Source: Gammaproteobacteria bacterium
GTDB lineage: Bacteria > Pseudomonadota > Gammaproteobacteria > UBA4575
Length of the DNA stretch: 64,000 bases
Reading direction: 5' to 3'
Assembly (NCBI GenBank): GCA_965221955.1
Contig: CBDCTA010000018.1
Span: 32,001 to 96,000, forward strand
Position numbers and translations under genes: made by a program. Every line of letters starts with the position of its first letter. The first letter of the stretch is position 1. Below, piece by piece: positions 30,640 to 41,156 of this stretch. The notes beneath the pieces are model-generated. The model was not told the DNA's origin, made no database searches, and saw nothing but the letters and a program-made list of their open reading frames with translations.

Positions 30640-31431
30640 TCATGGTTTAGGAGAATTCTCAACTTTTATTTCAAATAACTTTGGCCACAACTTCCCTGTA
30701 ACGAAAAGTCGATTATCTTTTTTATCATAAGCAATACAGTTCATTACATCTACATCGTGTTCTTCTCTATCACGCTTATTTAATATATCTGTCAAATCTA
30801 TCCACCCTAATACACTTCCGTCTTTTGGTGAAATTCTTACAATGAAATCACTGAAAAGTATATTTGCATAAATTTCATTATTTACATATTCCAATTCATT
30901 AATTTTATCAACAGAAAATCCATTATTACGAACTTTTATTCTACGTATTTCGCCAAAAGAATCAGGGTCTAAAAATCGAATAATTGAACTCCCATCACTC
31001 ATGATTAAATTCTCTCCATCATGAGTTAAGCCCCAACCTTCAGTCGAGTACCTAAATTCAGAAAGCTTGTTAAAAGTATTTTTTTCATAAACAAACCCCT
31101 CACCTGAAGTATAAGTAAGTTGAATAATATTACCCTCCCATAATGTTATACCTTCTCCAAAGTATTTTTTATCTAAAGATATAGATTTCAAAACCTTCCC
31201 TGTCGCGATATCCACCTTACGTAATGAAGACAAACCTTTTTTTCTTCCTGTTCCTTCATATAAATAACCAGCATCATAAATAAGGCCTTGGCACCAAGCA
31301 TTTGTATCATGTGGATATATATTGGTGATTTGGTATCCATAAACTAAATCTTTTCTATTTTTAAGGTGATTGATATAGCCAAATAAGAAAATCACACCTA
31401 AAAACAATATTATGAATACATACTTTTTCAC
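30640..31431 (-). CDS. Glutaminyl-peptide cyclotransferase family protein (beta-propeller type)
   Basis: N-terminal TM, YPHD, QGL, FGEGIT, EGWGLT, MSDGS, NELE, VTGKLWP. Confidence 0.88.
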   Translation of the reverse strand: MKKYVFIILFLGVIFLFGYINHLKNRKDLVYGYQITNIYPHDTNAWCQGLIYDAGYLYEGTGRKKGLSSLRKVDIATGKVLKSISLDKKYFGEGITLWEGNIIQLTYTSGEGFVYEKNTFNKLSEFRYSTEGWGLTHDGENLIMSDGSSIIRFLDPDSFGEIRRIKVRNNGFSVDKINELEYVNNEIYANILFSDFIVRISPKDGSVLGWIDLTDILNKRDREEHDVDVMNCIAYDKKDNRLFVTGKLWPKLFEIKVENSPKP

Positions 31432-31566
31432 AAATTAACCTATATGAAATGTTATATTACTCTCGTTTTAATTAAATAATATTTAATATAATCTTAGTTT
31501 TAGACTATTAATATTTCTATGGTATCAAGTGATATCTTAATAACATAATGTTGCATATTTTATCTG

Positions 31567-32760
31567 ATGTACTATAAAAATAATAAAGTAGCTAGAATTT
31601 GGAATAAGCATTCTGATGAAATCTCAGCCTTTTTTTTGCGACGTTATCCTAGTTTTGTAATATCGAGAAAAACTTCAAAACCATTATCTCAAATTCCAGT
31701 ATTTGTTTTTCATGAAGTAAATGCTAATGACTTCGAATTTCAATTAAAGTATTTATCAGAAAATAATTACAGATCTCTAAATTGTAAGGAGTTTGAAAAT
31801 GCTAAACTTACTGGGAAAAGAGAAGGCAATGAAGTTGTATTAACCTTTGATGATGCTACTTCAACATTTTGGACTTATGCATTCCCATTACTAAAAAAAT
31901 ATAATCACAAAGCAATTCTATTTGCTATTGCAGGACTCACACCCGATGACACTCAAGATTATCCTAATCTAGAAGATTTATGGTCAAAGAAAGCAACATT
32001 AGACCAGCTTAGCAAAAGAAAAATAAAACAACCCTTGTGCACTTGGAGTGAGTTATCTGAAATGTCTAATAGTAGCTATGTAGATGTGCAGTGTCACTCC
32101 CTAACCCACTCTAGAGTATTCACAGCTTTACAATTGACTGATTTTATACACCCTAAATTTGATACATATTTTTACGGAAATATAAACATACCTATAGCTT
32201 CAGACGATAATCCCATAAACCCAAATCGTCTTATAAAGTACGGGGATATCGTTTTTAAAAATGACTCAAGAATGAAGTGTACTAGACGTTTTAAAGAAAA
32301 TGTCAATCTTTCTAAATATATGAGAGCGTATGTTAAAAAAAATGGTGATAAAGAATTTTTTAACAACCCCAAGTGGAGGAAAGAATTAAAAAATCATTAT
32401 GAAAAATGGGACAAAAACAAGCTAGGAGAATTCGAAACCAAGGAAGAAATGATTTCTGCAGTTCACTATGAATTTATAACTTCAAAACAAATATTACAAG
32501 AAAGACTTAATACACAAATTACACATTTCTGCTACCCGTGGTTTGAAAGTAGCACTCTTTCAGATCAAATTGCAGGAGAAACTGGATATGAACATTTGTA
32601 TTATAGTATGAATATACCTTACGACTATGACAAAAGTATAAAGTCTCACATGAAACATACTCGGATCTCTGAAGAATACCTTCTCAGACTACCAGGCAAA
32701 GGCAGAGTGTCATATTCTTCTGTATGGACAAAGAAAATCAAGAACTACATAGCACATTAG
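31567..32760 (+). CDS. Polysaccharide deacetylase (CE4/NodB) with a large insertion
   Basis: PVFVFH, LTFDDA, W.EL.EM, HSLTH, HFCYPW. Confidence 0.85.
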   Translation: MYYKNNKVARIWNKHSDEISAFFLRRYPSFVISRKTSKPLSQIPVFVFHEVNANDFEFQLKYLSENNYRSLNCKEFENAKLTGKREGNEVVLTFDDATSTFWTYAFPLLKKYNHKAILFAIAGLTPDDTQDYPNLEDLWSKKATLDQLSKRKIKQPLCTWSELSEMSNSSYVDVQCHSLTHSRVFTALQLTDFIHPKFDTYFYGNINIPIASDDNPINPNRLIKYGDIVFKNDSRMKCTRRFKENVNLSKYMRAYVKKNGDKEFFNNPKWRKELKNHYEKWDKNKLGEFETKEEMISAVHYEFITSKQILQERLNTQITHFCYPWFESSTLSDQIAGETGYEHLYYSMNIPYDYDKSIKSHMKHTRISEEYLLRLPGKGRVSYSSVWTKKIKNYIAH

Positions 32761-33917
32761 GCTAAACGTTTGTGATCTTCGAGCAACAAATCATAAACTT
32801 TTTGAATTTGGCTAACGGTATGAGTTACCAAATAATTGCTCTTAAGCTCAATTAATGAATTACTACTTATTTTTTTAGCAAATTTTGCATTAGATAATAT
32901 ACGGCATATTGCTTGAGCAATTTGCTCAGGCCTTTTCGGTGCAACTAATAAAGCAGTTCTTTCATGCTCTAATATTTCAGGAATTCCACCGACGCTAGTA
33001 GCAACAATTGGTGTTTGCATAGCCATTCCCTCTAATACTGATACCGGACAACCTTCAGAATGCGAACATATAGTTAGAACATCTAACAGAGATAATATTT
33101 CCAATACATTGTTGCAGTGACCTAGAAATATAATATTAGAAGATATATTTAATTTATGTGCCTTCTGCTCAAGCTCCTCACGCAAGTCTCCTTCACCGAC
33201 GATGACAAAACATACTTCAGGAATTTCTTGTAATACGATGTGTGCAGCATCTAAAAAATCAAAATGCCCTTTGATAGAATTTAATCTACCAACAATACCC
33301 ACTAATTTCTTTTCGACAGGCAAATCTAATGATTTAGAGATAGCTAGTTTAGTATCGGCATCGAACGGTTGAATACAATTTTCTGGGATTCCGTTATAGA
33401 TCACATCTGTTCGGTTCTTATTTAAATATCGTTCATTTACCATGAATTTTTTTACAGCTTTGGACACTGCTATTCCTTTAGCAGTTATAGATGAAAGAAT
33501 CCAATCAGCGATTCTTTGGTAAATAGGAATTTTACTATCAATCATATGCTCATGAACGATCACAGGTATGCGTAAAAATAAGCCCACTATTCTTCCAAAA
33601 TTTGTAGCGCCGTAACCATGACAATGTAATATTTTAATATTGTTACGACGTATAATACGCATCAAATCAAAAATAATTCTTATATCAAATTTATTTCGCC
33701 CTAAGTAATCTGCATTTATTTCATGCTCATCAAGCAATTTACTACCTTCATTTCGTCCGCGAAACACACACAAAAATAATTTATATTTAGTATTAGAAAA
33801 CTCCGGCCACCATGTCATTAAAACACGGGTTCCACCATGTATTGGCGAGCCCTTCATGCTAATTTTGTCGTATATATGTAATACGTGAATTTTTTCGCCT
33901 TGATTCATATCAGTCAT
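32757..33917 (-). CDS. GT4 glycosyltransferase
   Basis: HEH, VIYNGI, VGRL...KGH and an EX7E motif (EGCPVSVLE). Confidence 0.93.
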   Translation of the reverse strand: MTDMNQGEKIHVLHIYDKISMKGSPIHGGTRVLMTWWPEFSNTKYKLFLCVFRGRNEGSKLLDEHEINADYLGRNKFDIRIIFDLMRIIRRNNIKILHCHGYGATNFGRIVGLFLRIPVIVHEHMIDSKIPIYQRIADWILSSITAKGIAVSKAVKKFMVNERYLNKNRTDVIYNGIPENCIQPFDADTKLAISKSLDLPVEKKLVGIVGRLNSIKGHFDFLDAAHIVLQEIPEVCFVIVGEGDLREELEQKAHKLNISSNIIFLGHCNNVLEILSLLDVLTICSHSEGCPVSVLEGMAMQTPIVATSVGGIPEILEHERTALLVAPKRPEQIAQAICRILSNAKFAKKISSNSLIELKSNYLVTHTVSQIQKVYDLLLEDHKRLA

Positions 33918-33986
33918 TTTATTAATGAGTACTTATAACCTGTAATGTTACAAGGAAATCAAGTTACTGAGAGAAAACTAAATTTG

Positions 33987-34514
33987 TTATCTTCTCGTAA
34001 AAATAACTTTCCCAGGATTGCCTTGCACAATCGAGTTTTCAGGAATCTTTCCAGAAACAACAGAATTTGGAGTTATAATGCTTCTGCTTCCTATCTCAGA
34101 ACCGTCTAAAATTACACACCCTGAGCTAATCCAAACATCATCACCAATCGTAATTCCTTTTGAAGTTTGCTGTTGCTTGCAGATTGGAATATCCAAGTGA
34201 TCATAACTATAGTTAATACTCACAATGGATGCATTAGGTCCGATCATACAATCATCACCGATTTTGATACCTTTTTTATGTGATGCGATAAAAGTATGTG
34301 CTGCGATAGCGACATTAGAACCTATTATTAATGGACCATCAGGCGCCTTGATTTTACAAAATGAGCTAATCACAGAACCTTTACCTATAGACAAGAAAGA
34401 AGTGAGTTCTACTTCTGATCGTGGACTAACCTTACATTTAAATTTAAGCCAACATTTTAACGTTACAAAAAACGGGGGCACAAAAAATCTGCGTAAAATT
34501 GTCGTAACATTCAT
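33987..34514 (-). CDS. Left-handed beta-helix (hexapeptide) acyltransferase
   Basis: Hexapeptide repeats IGKGSV, IGSNVA, IGDDCM, IGDDVW; C-terminal GNPGKV. Confidence 0.92.
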   Translation of the reverse strand: MNVTTILRRFFVPPFFVTLKCWLKFKCKVSPRSEVELTSFLSIGKGSVISSFCKIKAPDGPLIIGSNVAIAAHTFIASHKKGIKIGDDCMIGPNASIVSINYSYDHLDIPICKQQQTSKGITIGDDVWISSGCVILDGSEIGSRSIITPNSVVSGKIPENSIVQGNPGKVIFTRR

Positions 34515-34519
34515 TAAAG

Positions 34520-34762
34520 TTAACTGCGTTCAGCAATAATACTTTTAATTTCATCCACGCTTAGCATGGACTGAATCTCTTTCATCGATAACTTTATTTT
34601 GTATTCATCCTCTATAGCTGTTACTAATTTAAGATGATTCATCGAATCCCATTGGTCAATATTATCTGGAGTATCTTGATCACTAATACTTCCTTCATCT
34701 ACACCAAATATCTCTGAAATTATTTGTTCAACCGATCTACTCATAGTTTCCCCAGCCTTCAT
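34520..34762 (-). CDS. Acyl/aminoacyl carrier protein
   Basis: Small acidic protein with a WDSMNHL phosphopantetheine motif and IEDEY. Confidence 0.9.
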   Translation of the reverse strand: MKAGETMSRSVEQIISEIFGVDEGSISDQDTPDNIDQWDSMNHLKLVTAIEDEYKIKLSMKEIQSMLSVDEIKSIIAERS

Positions 34763-35041
34763 TCATATTCATGTTGTATATAAATATTCTCATAAATTAC
34801 ATTCACAACCTTTTCATACAAATACTAAATCAACTTTAAATCCAAACCATAACTCACTGTAATATATTTATATTAAGTTTAGCCATAATAATATACTGGT
34901 AATTGTTATAAAAACTATCTTCCAAAACCTATTAAATAAACTTTTAATAAATTAATATTTTATTAGACCATGACCTAAAACAATGATATGAATCATATAC
35001 TAAAAGTAGATTGCTATTATGTGAATTAGTTAGACAGTTTC

Positions 35042-36019
35042 ATGAAAAAAGTTGTTGTTTTTGGAAACGGCAAAATAGCCGCCGAATGCTTAAAATTATT
35101 AACCGAAACTCAAGGAGTTGAGATCCGGTTAGTTTTATATAATCCAAACGATCCTTCACTTATAAGTCCAATTCGTACATTTTGTGAGAAGCACTCTATT
35201 CACTCAGAAGCTATTGGCTCAACTATTTTACCAAGCGTGACTGAACTTATTAGAGAAAAAAATCCGGATATTATTTTTAATATAAACAGTCACAACATAT
35301 TCGATAAAAAAATTCTTGATATACCTAAGATAGGCGCTATTAACTTTCACAATGGCCCTTTACCCAAATACAGAGGGCCAGGGTATGTAATTCCAAGTTG
35401 GGCAATATTCAATCAAGAGCATGAACATGGAGTAACTTGGCACTTTATGGATGAAGGAATTGATACGGGCGACATCATCGCACAAGATAAATTTTACCTA
35501 TCTAATAAAGAAACTGCATTAGAATTAAATTTCAAATGCATTACCGCAGGCATTAAGTTATTTGAAAAAAATATTGATGACATATTATCAGACAACTGTA
35601 ATCGAACTTCTCAAAAAGGACCTTCTTCTACATACTTTTCCTCTCAAATTCCTAATAATGGCTATATTGATTTTAATTGGCCATATCACAAGATTGATGC
35701 TTTCCTTAGAGCAACGGATTATAGGCCATATCAAAATCTATTTACGTATGCCAAAGTAAAATACAAAAACAATATATTTATAGTAAATACTGCATCGCTT
35801 CATAAACTAACCCATCACAACTATCAAAATGGTGAAATAATCAGCCTCTCTAGTAATTATTTACGTATCGCTGCAAATGATTCAATTTTAGACATAACAA
35901 AAGTTATGCATAAAGAAGACGATGAAATCTCTATTGAAAAACTTATTAAGGATTATCATATTTCCGAAGGAGATGTATTAAATTACAATTACTCAGATAA
36001 ATTCGAATTAGCATCATAG
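35042..36019 (+). CDS. Stand-alone N10-formyl-THF-dependent formyltransferase
   Basis: INFHNGPLPKYRG, WAI, HGVTWH.MDEGIDTGDI (N/H/D triad) and an Fmt-like C-terminal domain (IDFNW). Confidence 0.9.
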   Translation: MKKVVVFGNGKIAAECLKLLTETQGVEIRLVLYNPNDPSLISPIRTFCEKHSIHSEAIGSTILPSVTELIREKNPDIIFNINSHNIFDKKILDIPKIGAINFHNGPLPKYRGPGYVIPSWAIFNQEHEHGVTWHFMDEGIDTGDIIAQDKFYLSNKETALELNFKCITAGIKLFEKNIDDILSDNCNRTSQKGPSSTYFSSQIPNNGYIDFNWPYHKIDAFLRATDYRPYQNLFTYAKVKYKNNIFIVNTASLHKLTHHNYQNGEIISLSSNYLRIAANDSILDITKVMHKEDDEISIEKLIKDYHISEGDVLNYNYSDKFELAS

Positions 36020-37564
36020 CTCCGCAAGTTTCTTCCGATCAATTTTGCCATTAAGATTCAATGGAAGTTTTGACATGAAATTAACATCTCTTGGCACCAT
36101 GTATGCAGGTAGTTTACCTGCCAAAAATTTTAACAATTGATCCGAATCAGCCTCCTCTCCCTCAATATACAATTTCAGATAAACTTTATCTTGATCATCT
36201 TTAGTTGGGACTACAGCCACGAGATTTACCTGAGTATACTCTCTTGTTAAGTGTTCAATCTCTTCCAACTCTATGCGGTGCCCGTCTATTTTTATTTGAA
36301 AATCTTTTCTACCACAATAAATATAATTTCCATGACTATTTATATAACATAAATCTCCAGTAAGATAAGCAATCTCATCAATCCCTAAAGTATTCGGTTT
36401 AATAAACACTTGCTTTGATTTTTCAGCATTATTCCAATAACTGTTCGTTACTTGATCACCCCATAAACATAATTCACCAATTTCTCCATTAGGAACATGA
36501 TTCAAATCATTATCTACAATTGCAGCATTAGTATTCTTAAACATTTTCCCAAACGTGAGCACTCCGTTTGATATATCTTCTGAAGAAATATTTATACTCC
36601 AGTCAAAGACGGTACATATGATAGTAGCTTCAGAAGGGCCATATGAATTATGTATAATAGAATTAGGCACGCATTTTGACCAACCTTCTACTAATCTGTG
36701 AATGAGTGATTCGCCCGCAAAAATACAATAACGCATCGCTTCTAGTCTTAACTCTGAAAAAAATCTCTCTATATATGACAAGACCGAAGGTACCATGAAC
36801 GCTACGGTAATATTATTCTCATCTAGTGTTTTTAAAATATTCAGATAAATAACACCTTTAGTTGGCACAATGTAACAGCATGCTCCTAAACAAAGTGGTG
36901 TAAAAAAAGAAACCACAGACATATCAAAACTTAATTGAAACATCTGCATAAACCGATCATTCTCATTAAAATCGTAATTGTTTTTATCTAACATTGTTAA
37001 CATGAAGCTATTAATATTTTCATGATAAATTGGAACACCTTTCGGCTTTCCCGTACTACCTGATGTGAACAATAAATAGAACATCTGATTCAAACTAACA
37101 TCGTCAGCGATGAGATCAAACTCACTCTCTTGCATCTCTTGTGTATAAAAAATGTTTAGCTCGTATGACGCATCACTATGTGCCTTAATCAAGGCATCAT
37201 GATACTTCGATGCAAGAACTAGCTTTAACTTAGTATCATTAATGATTGTTAAATTACGATCTGCAGGATTGTTTTCATTAATAGGCACATAGGCCGCACC
37301 CACTGCCAAAATAGCTATGATCGACGCATAGGTATACACATCATCCCCACTCAATACACCAATAATTTCTTCTTTATTGTAGCCACTTGCTACAATATTT
37401 TGCTTTATAGAATTAGCAATCCTAGTAAATTCTCTATAACTGTAATATTTCCCACGCGCATAAACCGCATGCTTGTCTGGACTTCTTTTACTATTCTCAA
37501 CTATTTTATTGATAATATAATTGGATGGCATTTTTGTATTACTTAAATCTATTATGAAGTGCAA
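36014..37564 (-). CDS. Stand-alone amino-acid adenylation enzyme (DltA-like)
   Basis: AAYVP, FTSGSTGKPKG, SFDMS, AGE, NSYGPSE, YLTGD, GRKDFQIKIDGHRIEL, LPAYMVP, NGKIDR. The start may be the ATG at 37531. Confidence 0.92.
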   Translation of the reverse strand: MHFIIDLSNTKMPSNYIINKIVENSKRSPDKHAVYARGKYYSYREFTRIANSIKQNIVASGYNKEEIIGVLSGDDVYTYASIIAILAVGAAYVPINENNPADRNLTIINDTKLKLVLASKYHDALIKAHSDASYELNIFYTQEMQESEFDLIADDVSLNQMFYLLFTSGSTGKPKGVPIYHENINSFMLTMLDKNNYDFNENDRFMQMFQLSFDMSVVSFFTPLCLGACCYIVPTKGVIYLNILKTLDENNITVAFMVPSVLSYIERFFSELRLEAMRYCIFAGESLIHRLVEGWSKCVPNSIIHNSYGPSEATIICTVFDWSINISSEDISNGVLTFGKMFKNTNAAIVDNDLNHVPNGEIGELCLWGDQVTNSYWNNAEKSKQVFIKPNTLGIDEIAYLTGDLCYINSHGNYIYCGRKDFQIKIDGHRIELEEIEHLTREYTQVNLVAVVPTKDDQDKVYLKLYIEGEEADSDQLLKFLAGKLPAYMVPRDVNFMSKLPLNLNGKIDRKKLAEL

Positions 37565-37759
37565 TAATAGTGCATAAATACCTAAATTGTCTGTTTGTTC
37601 ATATTTATTATGAGATCATACGCACATAATAAATTTGTATCTTAATGCTGAGATTGAGACTTTTTGCAAAGCACTATTCATAAATTATAAGTATAGTATT
37701 TAATCACTTAGTAACACTGATATTTGCAGAAATCATCACTTCTACTGATAAATAAAAAA

Positions 37760-38758
37760 ATGGATAATTTTTGGGAAAATAGAAAAGTCTTGGTCACAGG
37801 TGCAGGAGGATTTACCGGCAGCAACTTATGCAACACTTTAGCAAGTAAAAATGCTGATGTTACTGCTTTTCTAAGAAAAAATGGTTCAAAACGCAATCTA
37901 GATTCAAAAATTAGAATTTATACAGGGGATCTCACTAATAGCTATGATTGCGATCAAGCTGCTCAGGGTATAGATACGATATTCAATATAGCTGCAATAT
38001 TCAGAAATGTTAAAGGGTCAGAACAACAGCTAAGAGATATCCACGTTCATGCTACTGAAAATCTAATGCGTGCTGCAAAAACAGCCGGCTGTCGTCGCTT
38101 CATTCACACCAGCACTATGGGCGTTCACGGACACGTTAAAAATGGCCCTGGTAACGAAGAAACAGAATTCTCACCTGGAGATGCTTACCAAGAGACAAAA
38201 GTAGAAGGTGAGTTATTAGCATTTAAATTAGCTAAAGAATTACCGATAGACCTATGTGTAATCAGACCGTGCGGAATCTATGGCCCAGGCGATACTCGTT
38301 TCCTTAAGTTAGTAAAGCCTATTAAAAAAGGACAATTCTTTATGATAGGAAGCGGTGAAACACACTATCATTTTGTCCATATAGATGATTTAGTAAATGG
38401 TTATTTATTAGCGGGCGAAAAAGAACATGCAATCGGTGAAGCATTTTTAATTGGCGGTGAAGAGGCACCTACTTTGAACGAACTCGCCAGAAAAATTGCT
38501 GAAATACAGAATGTGTCACCACCAAAATTTAAAATACCTGTATGGCCAATATATTACGCAGGCTGGTTGTGTGAAATTTTATTCGGCCTATTTAATATTG
38601 AACCCATTTTGCATCGCCGACGTGTAGCCTTTTTTACAAAAAATAGGCACTTCTCTATAAAAAAAGCACAAAATTTATTGGGCTACCAACCCGAGGTAAA
38701 TTTGGAAAAAGGGCTAAAGTCACTAATTGATTGGTATGAGAGTGAAGAACTAATTTAA
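37760..38758 (+). CDS. NAD-dependent epimerase/dehydratase (extended SDR)
   Basis: VTGAGGFTG, TST, YQETK (YxxxK), RP.GIYGPGD. The ATG at 37760 is preferred to the TTG at 37724. Confidence 0.92.
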   Translation: MDNFWENRKVLVTGAGGFTGSNLCNTLASKNADVTAFLRKNGSKRNLDSKIRIYTGDLTNSYDCDQAAQGIDTIFNIAAIFRNVKGSEQQLRDIHVHATENLMRAAKTAGCRRFIHTSTMGVHGHVKNGPGNEETEFSPGDAYQETKVEGELLAFKLAKELPIDLCVIRPCGIYGPGDTRFLKLVKPIKKGQFFMIGSGETHYHFVHIDDLVNGYLLAGEKEHAIGEAFLIGGEEAPTLNELARKIAEIQNVSPPKFKIPVWPIYYAGWLCEILFGLFNIEPILHRRRVAFFTKNRHFSIKKAQNLLGYQPEVNLEKGLKSLIDWYESEELI

Positions 38759-38781
38759 GCTAGAGAACTATAGGGAAATTA

Positions 38782-40341
38782 CTAGGAAACTATATGCAAC
38801 TTTTTTGATATATTTTCTAACTGCACTTTCATTTGATTATCACTCCAGTTAAATTTATTAGCCATCTCTTTTGCAATTTTCTCGAGATTTTGTCTACCTA
38901 AATAACCTCGTTTAGCTAAATTATTTCTTCGCAAAACGTAATCTTCTAGATTAAATACCATCTCTGCTTCAATAGTATAAGAAATATGCTTATACATATT
39001 CTTCAAATAAATTGTGTTTATTTTATCTTGACTAATTATTGGCTGAAGACATAGATCATCAATATTTGAAAATATACTCTTATATTCTTGCAAAGAGTAA
39101 TTAGATATAGGTATTTTTTTAGCCTTATAATTAATACGATCAACGACCATATCAACTACTCGTGATGCTGTACTACGTGCAGTAGTATATTTTACTCCAA
39201 TTACCGAAATTAAATTATCAATGTTATCTACTCTAGCATGGTCAATTATATTAGTACGATGAGAACGTGAAGATCTATCATTAGCTGATGATTGTTCAGC
39301 TGGTGTAAAGCCTGAATATATATAGTTAACTTTATCCTGGCTTAAGTTTATTGAAGGATAGGCTTCGTTAATTTCATCCATAAACCCAGGTAGTTCAGAT
39401 GACACATCAGTATCCATTTCCTTGCTAATATCATGTTCAAAATGCGCTGTGCCAATCACAGTCTTATTTAGCCATGGGGTAAAAAAATACACTCGCTTAC
39501 TTTCACCGATCACCGCATCTGAGGCACGATTACTTTTAACACCAAAAGCAAAATCTTTCCTTATACTATCAATTACAATATTAAAGTTTTTCGTTAGCGG
39601 CTGAAAATTGTATTCATCAGTTCCAATACTAGATTTTAATAGCCTATAAGCCCATGGACCGGCAGCATTAATGATTTGCGAAGCTTTGATATCAAAATGA
39701 CGCCCTGTGACCATATCTTTGACATGTACACCTATAGATTTTTTGGAGGCAATTAATAGTTCATCAGCACGCAAATAATTTGCTAGACACAATCCCTGAC
39801 GATGAGCATCTTTTAACAGCTCTATATGTAATCGATCTGCATCAACTATTTGGCCATCGTACCAAACCGCACCACCTTTAATATTTTCACCATTTATTTC
39901 AGGTAATAACTGTTGGTAGTCGGCTTTAGAAATCAAATATCCATTAGGATAAGCTCTCTTTTTATTTTGCATGGCTGCAACTAAATTATGCATATTGATG
40001 GCCGCTCCTAGAGCTAGTGGCCCTCTAGATCCATATCCATAAGCAGGTAATATAAATTTAAGCGGTTTAATAAGCTTATTTGATATTTGTACCCACCTCT
40101 CACGTTCTTGAACTGACTCAAATACTCGTTTCAAATTGAGATGTTGGAAATAGCGAATTCCACCATGGATAATTTTTAAAGAATTGTGTGAAGTGCCGCT
40201 ACCAAAGTCATTAGCATCTATAAGACAAACTTTAAGTCCACGTAATACTGCATCTCGCGCAACAGAAATTCCATATATGCCCGCACCTATAACCAAAAGA
40301 TCAAATTGGTCATGCTCCAACTGATCAAGATTACGTTGCAT
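38782..40341 (-). CDS. FAD-dependent oxidoreductase of the GlpD (glycerol-3-phosphate dehydrogenase/oxidase) family
   Basis: VIGAGIYG, RGL, GTSHNSLKIIHGGIRY, INAAGPW, GVKYTTAR, EM...LEDYVLRR. Confidence 0.85.
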   Translation of the reverse strand: MQRNLDQLEHDQFDLLVIGAGIYGISVARDAVLRGLKVCLIDANDFGSGTSHNSLKIIHGGIRYFQHLNLKRVFESVQERERWVQISNKLIKPLKFILPAYGYGSRGPLALGAAINMHNLVAAMQNKKRAYPNGYLISKADYQQLLPEINGENIKGGAVWYDGQIVDADRLHIELLKDAHRQGLCLANYLRADELLIASKKSIGVHVKDMVTGRHFDIKASQIINAAGPWAYRLLKSSIGTDEYNFQPLTKNFNIVIDSIRKDFAFGVKSNRASDAVIGESKRVYFFTPWLNKTVIGTAHFEHDISKEMDTDVSSELPGFMDEINEAYPSINLSQDKVNYIYSGFTPAEQSSANDRSSRSHRTNIIDHARVDNIDNLISVIGVKYTTARSTASRVVDMVVDRINYKAKKIPISNYSLQEYKSIFSNIDDLCLQPIISQDKINTIYLKNMYKHISYTIEAEMVFNLEDYVLRRNNLAKRGYLGRQNLEKIAKEMANKFNWSDNQMKVQLENISKKLHIVS

Positions 40342-40379
40342 AAAAATTTATAACATTAATCAATTTCTAAAAAAAATTG

Positions 40380-41141
40380 TTATTTTCGACAAAATGCCAT
40401 TAAGTGATGCCCGGTTCTACTAATTAAAGATTTTGGAAGCATATTATACGAGTCAACAAAAATTTTATTATATAAAAGTGCTTTTAAACCGCTGTGTACT
40501 TTTGTTGCTACCGGAAACCTTTCAGGAACTATTTCTACTGTAGAAAACAGTTTCAACATATTTTCAAACTCATTTATAGAGTACATGTAAAAAACTGGGG
40601 CATCTAAGTGATCAATTTTAACTTTCATTAATTTATGCATGAAATTTAACCAAGATTTACGATTTACAGTCATCAGTATCGCTTCACCACCAGGTTTAAG
40701 CACTCGGTTAATCTCATTAATCATTTTTTGTGGGTTAGGAGTAAAATGCAAAACTGTATGACAATAAACCATATCAAAACTATTATCAGGAAATTCCATT
40801 TTCTCCCCATCCATAACTTGGAAACTACCTTGCAATTTACGCATCGCAAAATTATTTTTTGCCAAATCGATGGAGTGAGCTGCAAGATCAATACCCGTTA
40901 CCTCCGCACCACCTTTTGCAAAACGTGTAAGATCATTTCCAGTACCACAGCCTACATCAAGAATTTTTTTGTCTTTATAACCAGAAAAGTTAACTACTTT
41001 GGGTAAATAATGGAGTTTTTCGAATCTGTATTCTTCAATTTCTTGAAAAAACTCTAATGTCCCTGCCGGGCTTTTAGCCACTTTCCAATCATGCACATGA
41101 TTGTTCCAGAACTCACGTACTTCCTCTTTAACCATGACCAC
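40380..41141 (-). CDS. Class I SAM-dependent methyltransferase
   Basis: ILDVGCGTG, GIDL, FPDNSFD, VLHF, RVLKPGG. Confidence 0.93.
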   Translation of the reverse strand: MVMVKEEVREFWNNHVHDWKVAKSPAGTLEFFQEIEEYRFEKLHYLPKVVNFSGYKDKKILDVGCGTGNDLTRFAKGGAEVTGIDLAAHSIDLAKNNFAMRKLQGSFQVMDGEKMEFPDNSFDMVYCHTVLHFTPNPQKMINEINRVLKPGGEAILMTVNRKSWLNFMHKLMKVKIDHLDAPVFYMYSINEFENMLKLFSTVEIVPERFPVATKVHSGLKALLYNKIFVDSYNMLPKSLISRTGHHLMAFCRK

Positions 41142-41156
41142 TTGAATATATTAAAT

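Noticed and set aside
34520-37564. Secondary-metabolite NRPS cluster or a canonical dlt operon
   Set aside because: There are no condensation or thioesterase domains and no dltB/dltD. The context is glycan tailoring.
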